Origin: the human T2T-CHM13v2.0 reference genome, Homo sapiens
Length of the DNA: 64,000 nucleotides
Direction: 5' to 3' (one strand)
Assembly (NCBI RefSeq): GCF_009914755.1
Contig: NC_060938.1
Shown: in pieces, positions 25,794 to 39,870 of the stretch
Layout of the letters: each line of letters opens with the position of its first letter
Position numbering within the stretch: position 1 is the first letter of the stretch
The notes under the pieces: model-generated
Database searches by the model: none
Seen by the model: only the letters and a program-made list of their open reading frames with translations
What the model was told of the DNA's origin: nothing
Position numbers and translations under genes: made by a program

Positions 25794-26734
25794 GTTGCTG
25801 CTGGAAAAACACCTCAGAACTTGTTTACTACTACTTATCCTATTCCATGTCATGTGAGAGTGTCTAGTCTTATACAGAGAGAGTACAGGTCAGAATGAAG
25901 ATCTCAGAGCTGCCTACTCACATATTTAGGAAGTATCATAGTAAGGTGGGTGGAAAAGTTTCTTTTTTTCTTCCTTTTCTGTTTTTTGGAGTTCAAATTG
26001 TTTCTGGGCACAACTGGTAACAATGACCAATATTTTCTTGTAAGCATGAATTTGATACACTTTTTTCTGTTGATTATACCATTCTCCCCTTTGAAGTAAA
26101 GTTTTTTTTAACTTACGATCATAGATGATTGACTTAGCCTATGTGTTTACTTCTTTTTGAACTGATATCATTAATATAAAAGTGAGAAAAATGCAATGCC
26201 ATTTCTATAAAAAAAAAAAAATCTACATGCTGAAAACCTCAGCAAAATTCTGCAAGTTCTAGGACACAACAAGTCTTTTGACGAAAAGATTCTTCTATTT
26301 GAGACTAACCACGTGTGAAAAAAATAGCAATGCTGGAAAACAATTAGAAGACATGATAGCTGAAGACTATGAAAACTCCCTGACTCAGAATGGCAAAGTC
26401 TGGAAATACAAAAGGTGGCTCATTAGGAAGAAAAAGCTTAAAGAGGCAAATTTCCATAGAAATAATAGAGTAGGTTTTCACAGTGTCATCCTATAAAAAT
26501 GTGTCAGGTTTAATTTATTTTACAAATAAATTCTAGCAAAACTTTATAAAACAGTATCAACTCTGTATAAATTATCCCAGAGCATTGAAAAAAGGAAAAA
26601 TCCTAACACTTTTTCTGCAATATATTATGTTTGAGTTTCTAAATCTGATAAAAAGTATACACACAAAGGAAACTATGGAACAGTATCACTAATGAATATC
26701 ATTTAAAAAGTATCATATAAAATGTTATCAAATG

Positions 26735-27015
26735 GGCCAGGCGGGATGGCTCATGCCTGTAGTCCCAGCAATTTGGGGACTGGGTGAGGCAGGTGGATCG
26801 CTTGAGGTGAGGAGTTTGAGACCAGCCTGGCCAACATGGTGAACCTTGTCTCTACTAAAAATACAAAAATTAGCTGAGCATGGTGGTGTGCGCCTGTAAT
26901 CCCAGCTACTTTGGAGGGTGAGGCAGGAGAATCACTTGAACCTAGGAGGCGGAGAAGCATGCTGCTGCACTCCAGCCTGTGCAACAGACAGACCCTGTCT
27001 GAAAAAAAAAAAAAA
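26735..27015 (+). mobile_element. AluS with small right-arm deletion
   Basis: Dimeric Alu with polyA; imperfect TSD gttatcaaatg / gttttcaaatg. Confidence 0.95.
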
Positions 27016-28707
27016 GTTTTCAAATGTAATATAACACCATTTTAGGAAAATGCGTCATTAGCATGTGAAATTTATTCTAGGATTCAGGGTTTGCTCAAGA
27101 ACCCCAAATTTATGATAAATATATAAAATATGTAAATAGATCTAAGAAAAGTATTATCTCTGTAGATGTTGAAAACATCTTCAACAAAATCTGAATCCAC
27201 TCCTGAACAACAGTCAGGATATAAGAACTGATTACTGATTTCTTAACATGACTTGTATATATCTATACAGCATCTTATTCAATGTGGAAACAAATGAGGT
27301 ATTCCCAATGGGATCACAAACAAGGCAAAGATGACCACTATTGCCACTTCAACTCAACACATTACCACAGATACTGAATTAGACTCATAAGAATTAGTAA
27401 AACAGTAAAACTACCTCTATTTGCATATGGTGTTATAGTCTACCCTCAAAATCCTTCACAATCAATGATACAATAACTCAAACTATAAAAATATTTAGTA
27501 AAGAGGCAGGATAAAAAATTAACCTATGTAACCAATATTTTTAACTTAAAGAATAATAACCAGGAGATGACCCAATGCTTGAAAATAACTCATTTCCAAT
27601 AGCAACAAGAAAATGAAAACTTAGGAATACACTCAATAGGAAATTTGAGAATACTGTCTGAGGAAAAGTTTAATGCATGACTGAAAAACACAAAAATAGT
27701 TAGAATAAATGTAGTTATTCCCTTTTCTTGCATGACTCACCATTATGAAGTTGTCAGTTCTTTCTAAATTAGATTACAAATTTAACTGATAGACATTGTT
27801 ACAGAGTTAGACAAGTGGTTACTAAAGTTCGTAAGGAAGCAAACATGCAGAAATTTCAAGATAAACATTTATGGAAAAAAACTGCAAGTACTATCAGACA
27901 TTAATACATGCTATAAAACCTCTATAATTAATAGAGTGTTTCTATGGCAAACGATTAGACAAGCAGATCAGTCAAACAGAAAATCCGGAAACAAACCCAT
28001 GCACATGTGGCGATGTAGCAGATGATAAATCACTGAGGCAAAGATGGACCTTGTAATAAATTGAACTTGGACAATTGGGTAGCCATAAAACTAGTTTAAT
28101 CCTCAGATTTTATTTATCTATAACCAGTGATTTTTAGGGGCAGAGAAAGAACAAAATTAGCTTGGAACAATCCCTGTGCTAGAAAACAAAAAAGTACTAA
28201 AAGATGAAATGGGACAGAAGTCAATTTGAGTTTCCACTAGCCACATTTAGGACAAATTCAGCATAGAAATGTACAAGAATATATTAAAGTGCATTGCATT
28301 AGAAAATATTTCATTAGTCAATAGTAACAAGCAAAAAACAAAGTGGTGATGGGGGAAGAAGCCTTATCTTCACCAAATTTTATAAATGAATAAATATAGA
28401 AGAATAATATAATTAATGCATAGTCAATTTGTAGACAGCAATGTAAAAAACTGATTAGGCAAATACCCATAAACTGACACTAGGCCATTGTGTGAATAGT
28501 TACTATGAAGCAGATATTCCTGTCCTCTGAGAAAATAACACCACAGATTAACCAACTAACCTTCCCATTAACTGGAAACACTGACATTGTGTCTCCTGAT
28601 ACACATAATGTCAAGGAATGATTATATCACTTTTGTGATATTCTTTGTAAACATTTAAATTCAGTATGATCATGAATTAATGAAAAGACAATTTTAGATC
28701 ATTGGAC

Positions 28708-29016
28708 TTTTTTTTTTTTTTTTTGAGACAGAGTCTCGCTGTGTTGTCCAGGCTAGAGTGCAGTGGTGCGAGCTTGGCTCACTGCAACTTCCCCCTCCTG
28801 GGTTCAAGCGATTCTCCTGGCTCAGCCTCCTGAGTAGCTGGGAGTACAGGAGCCCACTGCCAAGCCAGGCTAATTTTGTTCTTAATTATTTATCATAGTA
28901 GAGACAGGGTTTCACCGTGTTGCCCAGGCTGGTCTCAAACTCCTGAGCTCAGGCAATCCGCCCACCTTGGTCTCCCAAAGTGCTAGGATTACAGGTGTGA
29001 GCCACCCTGCCCAGCT
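28708..29016 (-). mobile_element. AluS
   Basis: Antisense Alu; imperfect TSD gatcattggac / gatcgtgggac. Confidence 0.96.
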
Positions 29017-31015
29017 GATCGTGGGACATTTTACAAAACAAATGGCGTGAACTCTTAAAAAATATCAATGTCATGAAAGTCTGGATAGTCAAGAGAATTA
29101 AAGGCTAAAGAGATATACAACCAAATGCAGTGTGTAATTCTTGTTGTATTAAAACAAAATAAAAATAGCAACTAACTGTATGGTCTATTAGGGGATTTAA
29201 ATATGGATTTCATGTCATATAATATTATTCTATCAAAGTTAAATTGCTTGGTGGGAAAAGGAAACTGTGGTTATGAAGGAGATTGTCCTTGATCTTAGAA
29301 GGTTCATGATTGAATATTTTGGAGTGAAAACCACCACGTTAGCAATTTGCTTTTGTATATTTACAAAAAAAAGAAAGAAAACAAATGTGATAAAGTTAAC
29401 AACTGGTGACTTCTAGTAGCGGGTAGATGACTGTCATTAAAATCTGACTTTTACTACAACTTTTTAATAGATTTAATGCTTTTCAAAGTAAAAAATAGGG
29501 CATATGTCAAAAACAACAAAATACAGAATTTCATACATTCCTAAGAGTTATACCTTCATTAATCTATCAATTTTACTACCAAAGCATTATATTGTATGAT
29601 GATTTTAATATAAGAAAATACACATATTGTGATTTAAAAGTTTCTGAAATCACTTTAAGTCATATTTTTAGAAGCATGTAATAGAAATCAATTCTCACAA
29701 ACTCTCACAACTCTCGCTACTCTCCTCACAAGGGCTTTTACAGCTTGCCTTTCCCTATCTCATCGTATGAAGAAGTTATGGCTTCATGCATCATCTCTTT
29801 TAATTTTAAGCTACATTTAGTAATATACCCCCTATTTTTCTAGTGATATGAAACAAATTTACTCAATAATATATTAATATTTCAATAGCAGTCTTGATAA
29901 TATAAGGCTGAAATATGAAGTGACATTTCCAATCTTCATTCAGAGTAACAGTATTTCTTGGAATAACAGAAAGTAGGAAATGGGCCACAGGAAATGTCTA
30001 TAAACTTTGAACTATGGCAATTCTTATATTGTCATAAAAGAGTTAAAAGCACAAGGAAAATGTTAATGCTTAGATGTGTAGTGAGAAGTCATTACTTATG
30101 ATTTTAACAACAGAGAGTAAAGGGATTTACTTTGTGTTTTTGGAACAGAAAAACTATTTGCCACCATCCTATTTAATTTCACTAATGCTTATTTTATTTA
30201 TAATTTAGAGATTGCAATTCTGAAAAAGCTTTATGTGTTCATTTACTTGGGCCATTAATATGAAACTATTATCATCTTTTTCTACAAAAGATACATACAT
30301 ATGTTGATCTACCATTTTGTTATCTTCTAAAGAATCATACAATTATTTAAAATGTTATCTATTTCAAAAAGATAACTAATTCTGCACATAAACGTTTAGA
30401 AAGTACACATTTATGTTATAGAACTTTAATTGAAGTCAATTATGTACTCACTGAATCAAAGGTTGTGTACTAAACTGGTATTTCTCTAGGAATATTTTGA
30501 TCATAGCTGCATTTTTCTATATTAGGCTTTCAAATTAAACAGTCATAAATAACACTATCCTTACTCTATCCCCAAAATTATATTTATCTATATTTTAACT
30601 AAATAAAACTCATACAGCATGTGATAAAGCAATATTATTCAAAATGTGGGTCACAGTCAGATGACATCAACTCAGTACCGTGAGATTAGCAATTATTTTA
30701 ATAAATCTGAATAGGATAGGATAGAAGAAGATGGGATGGATGGGGATCGGATAGACCAGAATATGCTAACATGCATCATAGGTAATAGGCATAAATGTTT
30801 AGCAACTCTGTGTGTATAAATAAAATGTTCTACTGATTGTTGCATTTTAAAAATTGAAAGCAAGGCCTTTCAAGCTTTCCCAGGGTAAAATAGAGAGACT
30901 GCTACTTTCAGGAATTCTACAACATAATAGCAAACTTTAATGCAAAATTTTTCCAAGAACAGAAAGACTCAAGTTACAAATCTGATTAAAATAAAATTGT
31001 TTTCCAGTTTCATTA

Positions 31016-31413
<398 letters not shown>

Positions 31414-31929
31414 TTATACTCAAAAGATATTTGCATTTCTTTTACTAAGGACTCTGCAGTTTTAAATATTTTTCTATTGGGTTGTTAATATTTGTCTTAG
31501 TGAACCATAAAAATTATATATCTGTCTATCATAATTTGCAAATATATATCCTATCTGTCTATTGTGTTTTGATTTGGTTTATTCAGACATTTTCAAAGTA
31601 TATGTAATGAGGTTTATCATGTCAATTCTTTCTGGGTTTGTATTTTTCTTATAAAGGCATTTTCTGCAGCCATATTGTGTATTTCACTTTCCCATCATGT
31701 CTACTAATCCTCTTACATCTCCCATTAGGTACCTATGTTCTGTCTTTTTCTTAACATACCAGTATGATGCCACTAGAAATCCTATTTAATTATGCTAGAT
31801 TCATATGATATTTTAATAATTCATAAGGCTAGTCTCCACATAATACTACTTTTAATATATTTCTAGTTGGTTTTACTTCTTATTTGATTGTTTTGATTTT
31901 TTCATAATTAAAATAAGTTTTAGAAGTCT

Positions 31930-32700
31930 AACATGAGAAGTGCATAATATTACAAATAACTGTAAAGTCTAATAAATGATTACTAAATAAAACCACTTGA
32001 GTAATCAAACCCAGATCGAAGGAGAAAACATTGCCAACTGATATGATTAGGCTTTGTGTCCCTACCCAAATTTCGTCTTGAATTGTAATCCCCAGGAGTC
32101 AAGGGAGGGACCTGGTGGGAGGTGATTGAATCACGGGATTGGTTTCCTCCATGCTTTTATCATGACAGTGAGTGGGCTTTCAGGACATCTGAACAGTTTA
32201 AAAGTGTGACACGTCTCCCACTCCCTGCCACCGTGTATAGAGGTATTTGTTTCTCCTTCACCTTCCGCCATGATTGTAAGTTTTTTGAGGCTTCCCCAGC
32301 TATGCAGAACTGTGAGTCAATTAAACTGCTTTTCTTTATAAATTACCCAGCCTCAAGAAGTTATTTATAGCAGTGTTTAAACAGACTAATACACCAGCAT
32401 ACCTTGTTATTATCAGCACACAGGTGAAACAAATATTCTATTAATCTATATTGTAATTTACTTTTATCTGCATGAGAACTTTATAAAACTAGAACTGTTT
32501 AGTACAAGTTGGGCCTCTCCTGCTGAATATGTCTGTGATGTGCACATAAGCTGTTGTTTTCTTGTATGATTTTGCTAATTTTCATTGCTTTCAAATATTG
32601 TATTATATGAATGTACCAAATGTGGATTAGCCTATGGATTGTTTCAGTATGAAGTTCATGAGTAATAGTACTGTGGACATTTTCGTATTTCCTTTTAAGT
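31930..32700 (-). mobile_element. Old L1ME-type 3' fragment hosting the THE1D LTR
   Basis: ccagatcgaaggagaaaacattgcca|gcat...; tttcattgctttcaaatattgtattatatgaatgtacca. Confidence 0.55.
32039..32393 (+). mobile_element. THE1D-like solo LTR
   Basis: tgatatg...cagactaataca; 5-bp TSD ccaac/ccagc; homologous to LTRs at 34870 and 36902. Confidence 0.93.
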
Positions 32701-32789
32701 TTTTTACTCATATATTCTGCTTCTTCTTATGTCCATCTGAAAATCTGTGTTTTTCAAGAATTTGTCTTTTTTCAAACATTTTTGACATT

Positions 32790-34450
32790 TACACAACATC
32801 TGTATTTTCACATAAAATATTCATTGGTTGGAGCTCTTCTATTCACTATCTTCGTGCATTCTCTGGGCAAAGTAATTTAGTTTCTTCTCACCTGAGAATG
32901 ACTCCCAAATGCCTTCTCTAGCCTGGAACTGTTCTATGTTTTCCAAACTCATATGCCTATCTACTTATCTTCTACTTGGATGTATAATAAGCATCTTACA
33001 CTTAACAGCTGTGAATCCAAACTGATCTTTCTCTAATTTTTTTTCTCAATGAGACTTCATCTCAGAAAATGGTAACTATTTAGGCCAAAAATTTTGAGGT
33101 TATCTATTTCTCTTTTCTCATACCTCTCAGGAATTTCTGAGGGCTTTATTTTCAGAGACCAGCCAATACTTAATTTCTTCCATTTCAGCCATTCTGCCAC
33201 AAGTCAAAATCACTTTTTGCTGTAATTACTGCAATAGACTTTGCTGGTCTCCCTTTCATCTCCCCATCCCCTGCTTTTTTCTGTCCTTTTTCTTCTTCTC
33301 TCCTTCACTCTCTCTTTTCCCTTCTTCCTTTTCCTTCCTCTCCCTTGCCTTCTTTTCTTTTTCGTCTCTATTTCTATTTCTAACTAAACTCAGATCACGT
33401 GTGTCAGCCTCTCTACCCATAAGCCTTCAATGACTTCCCATAGAATCATTTTAAAGCCAAAATCCTTAAATCTACATACAGCTACATGATTTTCATCCTT
33501 TCCTTTTATTACTTTGCCTTCATCTTTTCTGACCATTTTGACCTCTTTACTATCCCTAAAAAGACAGAACATGGTCCTGTTGTGTCCAGAGGTGGTTCCT
33601 TCTGGTGGGTTCTTGGTCTCACTGACTTAAAGAATGAAGCCACAGACCTTCGCGGTGAGTGTTACAGCTCTTAAAGGTGGCACGGACCCAAACAGTGAGC
33701 AGCAGCAAGATTTATTGTGAAGAGTGAAAGAACAAAGCTTCCACAGCTTGGAAGGGGACCGGAGCGGGTTGCCACTGCTGGCTGGGGTAGCCAGCTTTTA
33801 TTCCCTTATTTGTCTCTGCCCACGTCCTGCTGATTGGTCCATTTTACAGAGCGCTGATTGGTCCATTTTACAGAGTGCTGATTGGTGAGTTTACAATCCT
33901 TTAGCTAGACACAGAGTGCTGATTGGTGCGTTTTTACAGAGTGCTAATTGCTGCATTTACAATCCTTTAGCTAGACCCAGAAAAGTTCTCCAAGTCCCCT
34001 CTCGACCGAGGAAGTCCAGCTGGCTTAACCTCTCGCTGTGTTGGAACCTTTTCACTTGTTTTTCCCTGTGCTTGAAATGCTTTTTCTTTACTTACCCCTG
34101 GAGCTCCCTCTTTACTATTTTAAGTATTGATACAAATATTTCTTAATGAGATTTCCTCTCATATAAAATCATAATTCTAACTCATGCACACTATATTTTG
34201 GTCTCTGATTTATTTTACTAATTATGTTCTAACATATTATATAATTTATGTATAATGTGTGTATGTATGTATTCATTTATATTCATTTATTCATTTTTAA
34301 CTTATTTACTTATTTTTCTTTAACTGTCTCACGAATGAGATTGTATGTGTCAAGAAGGAAGGATTTAGTTTATATTTTCAAAATCTGGAACAGCACCTAG
34401 CTCAAAATAGGCACTCAGATATATGTGGCAAATTAATGTTTGGGATTAAT
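32790..34450 (+). mobile_element. L2 relic interrupted by LTR12
   Basis: L2 body motifs (gccttcaatgacttcccatag; aaatccttaa) and 3' end acagcacctagctcaaaataggcactca. Confidence 0.65.
33581..34035 (-). mobile_element. LTR12 (LTR12F-like) solo LTR of HERV9
   Basis: Reverse-complement homolog of the LTR at 55567-56188; 4-bp TSD ctgt at 33577-33580 and 34036-34039; tandem ctgattggt units. Confidence 0.95.
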
Positions 34451-34537
34451 AAAGTACTAGAAGTATCTGTGGTGGAAGGCATTTATTCTCAATTCTCTAT
34501 ATTATAAAATTAGAAATATCTTTGTTTTATCTTAACT

Positions 34538-34765
34538 TGTATTAGTCAATTCTCACATTGCTATAAAGAACTACCTGAGATTCGGTAATTTTTGAAGAAA
34601 AGAGTTTTAATTGACTCACAGTTCTGCAGACTGTACATGCAGCCTGGTTGGGAAACTTACAGTCATGGTGGAAGGGCGAAGGAGAAGCAAATCCCTGCTT
34701 CACACAGCTGAGTGGGAGAGAAAGCTAAGGGGGAAGGACTACACACTTTTAAAATAACCAGACTG
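34538..34765 (-). mobile_element. MSTA-like LTR fragment
   Basis: tgtattagtc...ttgctataaagaactacctgaga...taattgactcacagttc is a reversed MaLR LTR 3' half. Confidence 0.88.
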
Positions 34766-34869
34766 GTGTATAAGAAATATAAATACTACAAAAACTCAGG
34801 AGCCTTCTAGTTCAGTGAAATACCTAGAGGTCTAATGGCATGGGGCATATAAAGATACTCCTTCTAAGG

Positions 34870-36680
34870 TGATATGGCTTGGCTCTGTGCCCCCACCCAA
34901 ATCTCATCTAGAGTTGTAATCCTTACATGTCAAGGGAGGGACCTGGTGGGAGGTGATTGGCTCATGGGGGTGGTTTCTCCCATGCTGTATTCATGACAGC
35001 GAGTGAGATCTCATGATATCTGATGGTTTAAAAGTGTTTGGCAGATCCCCCCACCTCCTGCTGTCATGTAGGACTTGCCTTGTTTCCCCTTCACCTTCCA
35101 CCATGATTGTAAGTTTCTTGAGGCTTTCCTGGCCATGCAGAACTGTGAGTCAATTAAACCTCTTTTCTTATAAATTACCAAGTCTCAGGTATTATTTTAG
35201 CAGTGTGAAAATGGATTAATACAGAAAATTGGTGCCAGGAGTGGGGCACTGCTATAAAGATGCCTAAAAATATGGAAGTGACTTTGAAATTGGGTAACCA
35301 GCACAGGTTGAAACAGATTGGAGGGCTCAGAAGAAGATAAGAAGATGAAGGAAATTTTGAAACTTCCTAGAAACTTGTTGAATGGTTGTGACTGAAATAC
35401 TGATAGTGATATGGACAATGAAATCCTGGGTGAGGTGGTCTCAGCTGGAGAGGAGGAAGTTATTCGGAACTGGAGCAAAGACCACTCTTGCTGTGCTTTA
35501 GTAAAGAGATTGGTGGCACTTTGCCCCTACCCTAGAGATCTGTGGAACTTCGAAGTTGAGAGAGATGATTTAGGGTATCTACCAGAAGAAATTTCTAGCA
35601 GCAAGGCATTCAAGATGTGACCTGGCTGATTTTGAAATTGCTCAGTCATATGCATTTACAAAGAGATTATCTGAAGTTGGAATTTATATTTAAAAAGGAA
35701 AGCAAAGAATAAAAGTTTGGAAAATTTGCAGCCTGACCATGTGGTAGGAAGGAAAAAAAAAATCCCATTTCTGGGAAGAAATTCAAGCCAGCTGCAGAAA
35801 TTTGCTTAAGTAACAAGGAGCCAAAGGTTAATTACCAGGACAACAGGGAAAATGTCTCCAGGATATTTCAGAGATCTTCAAGGCAACCCCTCCCATAACA
35901 GGGCCAGAGGCCTAGAGGCCTAGGAGGGAAAAATGGTTTCATGGGCCAGGGCCAGGGCTCTGTTTCTCTGTGCAGCCTTGGGACATGACACCCTGCATTC
36001 CAGCCACCCCAGCTCCAGCTATGGCTAAAAGGGGCCAAGGTATAGCTAGGCTGTGGCTTTAGAAGGTGTAAGCCCCAAGCCTCGGTGGCTTCCACATGGT
36101 GTTGGGCCTGCGGATGTGCAGAAGCCAAGAGTTGAGGTTTGGGAACCTCTGCTTAGATTTCAGAAGATGTATGAAAATGCCTGGATGTCTAGGCAGAAGT
36201 GTGTTGCAGGGGCAGAGCCCTCATAGAGAAACTCTACTAGGTCAGTGCAGAGGGGAAATTTGGGGTTGGAGCCCCCACACAGAGTCTCCACTGGGGCACT
36301 CCCTAGTGCATCTGTGAGAAGAGGGCCTGCATACTCCAGATCCCAGATGGTAGATCCACCAACAGCTTGCACCATGCACCTGGAAAAGCCACAGGAACTT
36401 AATGTTAGCCTGTAAAAGCAGCTGCAGGAGCTGTATCCAGCAGAGCCACAGGAGTGGAGCTGCCTAAGGCCTTGGGAGCCCACCCCTTGTATCAGTGTGG
36501 CCTGGATGTGAGACATGAAGTCATATCAGATTATTTTGGAGCTGTAATATTTAATGACTACCCTGCTGGGTTTCAGACTTGTATAAGGCCTGTAGCCCCT
36601 TTGTTTTGGCCAATTTCTCCCATTTAGAATGGAAACATTTACCCAATGCCTGTACCCCCATTGTATCTTGAAAGTAACTA

Positions 36681-36725
<45 letters not shown>

Positions 36726-37249
36726 TGTTTATTTTAAAGGCTCATAGGTTGAAGGGACTTGCCTTGTGTCAGATGAGACTTTGGACTTGCACTTCTGAGT
36801 TAATTCTGGAATGAGTTAAGACTTTGAGGGAGTGCTGGGAAGGCATTATCAGTTTTGAAAGGTGAAAAGGACATGAGATTTGGGAGGGGCTGTGGGTAGA
36901 ATGATATAGTTTGGCTGTGTCCCCACTGAATTTCATCTAGAATTGTAATCCCCATGTGTCAAGGGAGGGACCTGGTGGGAGGTGATTTGATCATGGGGGT
37001 GGTTTCCCCATGCTATTCCCATGAAAGTGAGTGAGTTATCAGGAAATCTGAAGGTTTAAAAGTGTTTGGCAGACCTAACCTCCTGTCACCAGCTAAGACG
37101 TTCCTTGCTTCCCCTTTGCCTTCCACCATGATTGTAAGTTTACTAAGGCCTTCCCAGCTATGCGAAACTGTGAGTCAATTAAACCTCTTTTCTTATAAAT
37201 TACACAGTCTCAGGTATTCTTTATAGCAGTGTGAAAAGGGACTAATACA
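34870..37249 (+). mobile_element. Complete THE1D-like MaLR provirus: LTR 34870-35223, internal 35224-36901, LTR 36902-37249
   Basis: Two homologous TG...CA LTRs; perfect 5-bp TSD taagg at 34865-34869 and 37250-37254. Confidence 0.96.
36682..36724. repeat. (TG)n microsatellite inside THE1D internal region
   Basis: Seen directly, ~21 units. Confidence 0.97.
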
Positions 37250-39870
37250 TAAGGTGAAGGATAGCTGTTGCATCTGGCTGTTCCTAGGACCAAATAGAGA
37301 CATGATGCTTTTGGAGGCAACATATTTGTCATTTCATTGTGTGACACAGACCCATTTACCATGTGACTCAAAAAATGGCTATTTTTTGAGTGGATCTCAG
37401 AACAAGAGAAGGCTATGCAATAGGTCCAGTCTACTGTACAAGCTGCTATGCCACTTGGGCTACACGTTCCAGGAGATCCAATGATGGTTGAAGTTGTGCC
37501 ATTCTCCACAGACAACTATTCTTTTGAGACTAAGCTCTTGGCAGCTCTAATTGCAATTATGGTACTGAGCCATAGTAGATACTGAATGTTTAATCGTGGA
37601 TCATCAAGTTACCATGCAGCCTGAGCTGTCCATCATGAAATGGGTGTTATCTGACACATCAAGTTGTTTTTGTGAGCTAGAACATTTGATTTATAATTCT
37701 TATAATTGTTATAAATGACTATAAATAAAAAATTAGAGCATATGAAAATAATGTTTTATTAATAATATTATCTGTAAAAAATACAGACTGAATGCCAAGT
37801 ATGACTCACAATGGTTTCTCACTGTTTTTAATGATCTTAAAACTGAAAATAAAGCAGTAGCAGTTAATCCATTTTTTAAGCAAAATTAAAACAAAACAAC
37901 AACCAGCAGTCACTTAAATTAAGTAACTTGCCCAAGCCATGTAGCTAGTACATACTAAAATCTTGCTCAGCTAAACCTACAGGATTGCAATAACAAGTTT
38001 CCAGATTCCATTCCCAGTACATTTATTTTACTTTATTTATTTTTCTTTTTTGCTTTTGGTGAGAAAAGGAGGAAGGAAGAGATAGAATGAAAAAATAATA
38101 ATGGAGAATAAAATTCCACAGCTTGCTTTACAGGAAGTTGACATAATATTTGGATTCCTAAACCTATCATTGTAAATGGCTAATCTCAGACTAATAAAGT
38201 GCACATGTTGATATAGTTGATAATAATTTTAATATCAGTTTATCTTGAATTTAGATAGTAGATACTTTTATATTTTTTACTTGTAATATTTACACAGCAT
38301 ATACGGATATATACAAATTTTATGCTAGGCAAATTTAATACTGAAATAAAAATGACAAAATTTTAGGATTTAATGAATTTAGAAGAATGAGAATGTAATC
38401 TTGTGTAACAAAGTGTTACAGTATTCACCTTTTTTACATTTGAATAAATTCAATTTTTTTCAACTTATAAGAGATAAGTTATCAAAAAATTGCAGACTTT
38501 GTTTCATTAAAGAATAAACTTATCTTCTGGGACAGAATTTCCCAAGCAAGTCTTCTGACTGTATATGTGAGTATTGCTTGGGATCATTTTCTCTTTATGC
38601 CTATTTACATGTCTCATTAATTTCACGAAGAAGCTTTCTAAATTTACTTAAGAAAAAAACCCAAATTTACTAAAATACATTCACATAAATTGAGTTCATT
38701 TAACATTGAACTGTTTTGGCTATTTACTTTACTGAAAAAAGATGCTGTTACAGTAGATATAAGTTTCTTTTAATTAGAGAAGCTGGGCAGACATTGAATG
38801 TCTTATTGAAAATAAATAAAACATGATAAATTGTCAAATTTTCTTTTAGATTTGTTACAATGTTTTACTTATGTGGATCCAAAAGTGCCCAATAAGAAAT
38901 AGTTATTTTATCTTCCCTGAATTACAATTTTTGAAAAAAGCATATATTGATTCCTTATTACGTATATGGCAAGGAAGTAGAGATGAGAGGGAGGATATGG
39001 AGTATTTAAATTAAAATCGGTCTGATTATTGCAGGATATACCCCAGGTAATTCACATTTTAGCATGACATTTCTTGAAAATTTTATTATTTCAATAAAAA
39101 TTAAATCACTTTACTATTCTAAAAATAAATATTTGGATAATTTATGTGAGAAATGTTGGTATAAAGGATGTCAGATTTAAATGAAGATAAAATAGGTGAA
39201 AATAAAATGCTAAGAAAATATATTCAGTGAATTTTATTTTATTACATGTGATCTTTACAATAGAGCATCCTTTCATTATGCAAGTTTATATAACATAAGA
39301 CATATATATATACACATCTATATTTCCTAGTTGATTGAACATAAACAGTGAGAACAACTAAAGCATTTAGAAAATAATAGTTGTGAATATATTGTTAAAT
39401 AAAATGAGAGCAAATTCATGATGAGATTAAATAAAGAAAACTAATATTACTTTTCCTAATAACAATGTGTCATATCATCAAAACCTTAGCAGAGCCCAGA
39501 TGGTTTTCTGTTGCTTCATTGCTAATTGAAAACCAAAGTAAGTGTTACAAAATCAAACGGTTATTAACAGATTAACAAAATCTGTCAAAGCAGAATATTC
39601 TGTTTAAAACTTGTTATGATAAATTTATTTTTTTATCCTGGAAAATGTTTGGATATTATGAATAATATTGGTCTAACAATATTCATGATGCTATATTTTT
39701 ATTTATTAAGCATTTCTATTATAAAATGATTGATATCTATTAAGGAAAATATAAATATATAGAACAAACATGATAGAGTGTACATGAAGAATAATGAGAA
39801 AAAGAAGAAAAAAGCAATTACATTTTTTTTCATGTTCTTATAGTCAGTGTAGAATTTAGAAAAAACATTG

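Larger units (their letters stand above)
26490..29500 (+). mobile_element. Old L1M (ORF2 remnant and 3'UTR-like sequence) interrupted by two Alus
   Basis: Degenerate ORF2 text (atctctgtagatgttgaaaacatcttcaacaaaat; aacaaggcaaagatgaccacta; ttggacaattgggtagccat) then L1MC/ME-like 3' end ttttcaaagtaaaaaat; may be more than one element. Confidence 0.65.
34770..37670 (+). mobile_element. ERVL internal (pol) fragment, ~34770-34869 and 37250-~37670, split by THE1D
   Basis: cagtgaaatacctagaggtc...ccttctaaggtgaaggata; agaacaagagaaggct...caagctgctatgccacttgggc match recalled ERVL pol text. Confidence 0.75.

Noticed and set aside
30630-30865. Possible hAT relic containing a GGATA/GGATG-like repeat
   Set aside because: Too degenerate to name a family by eye; not listed as a feature
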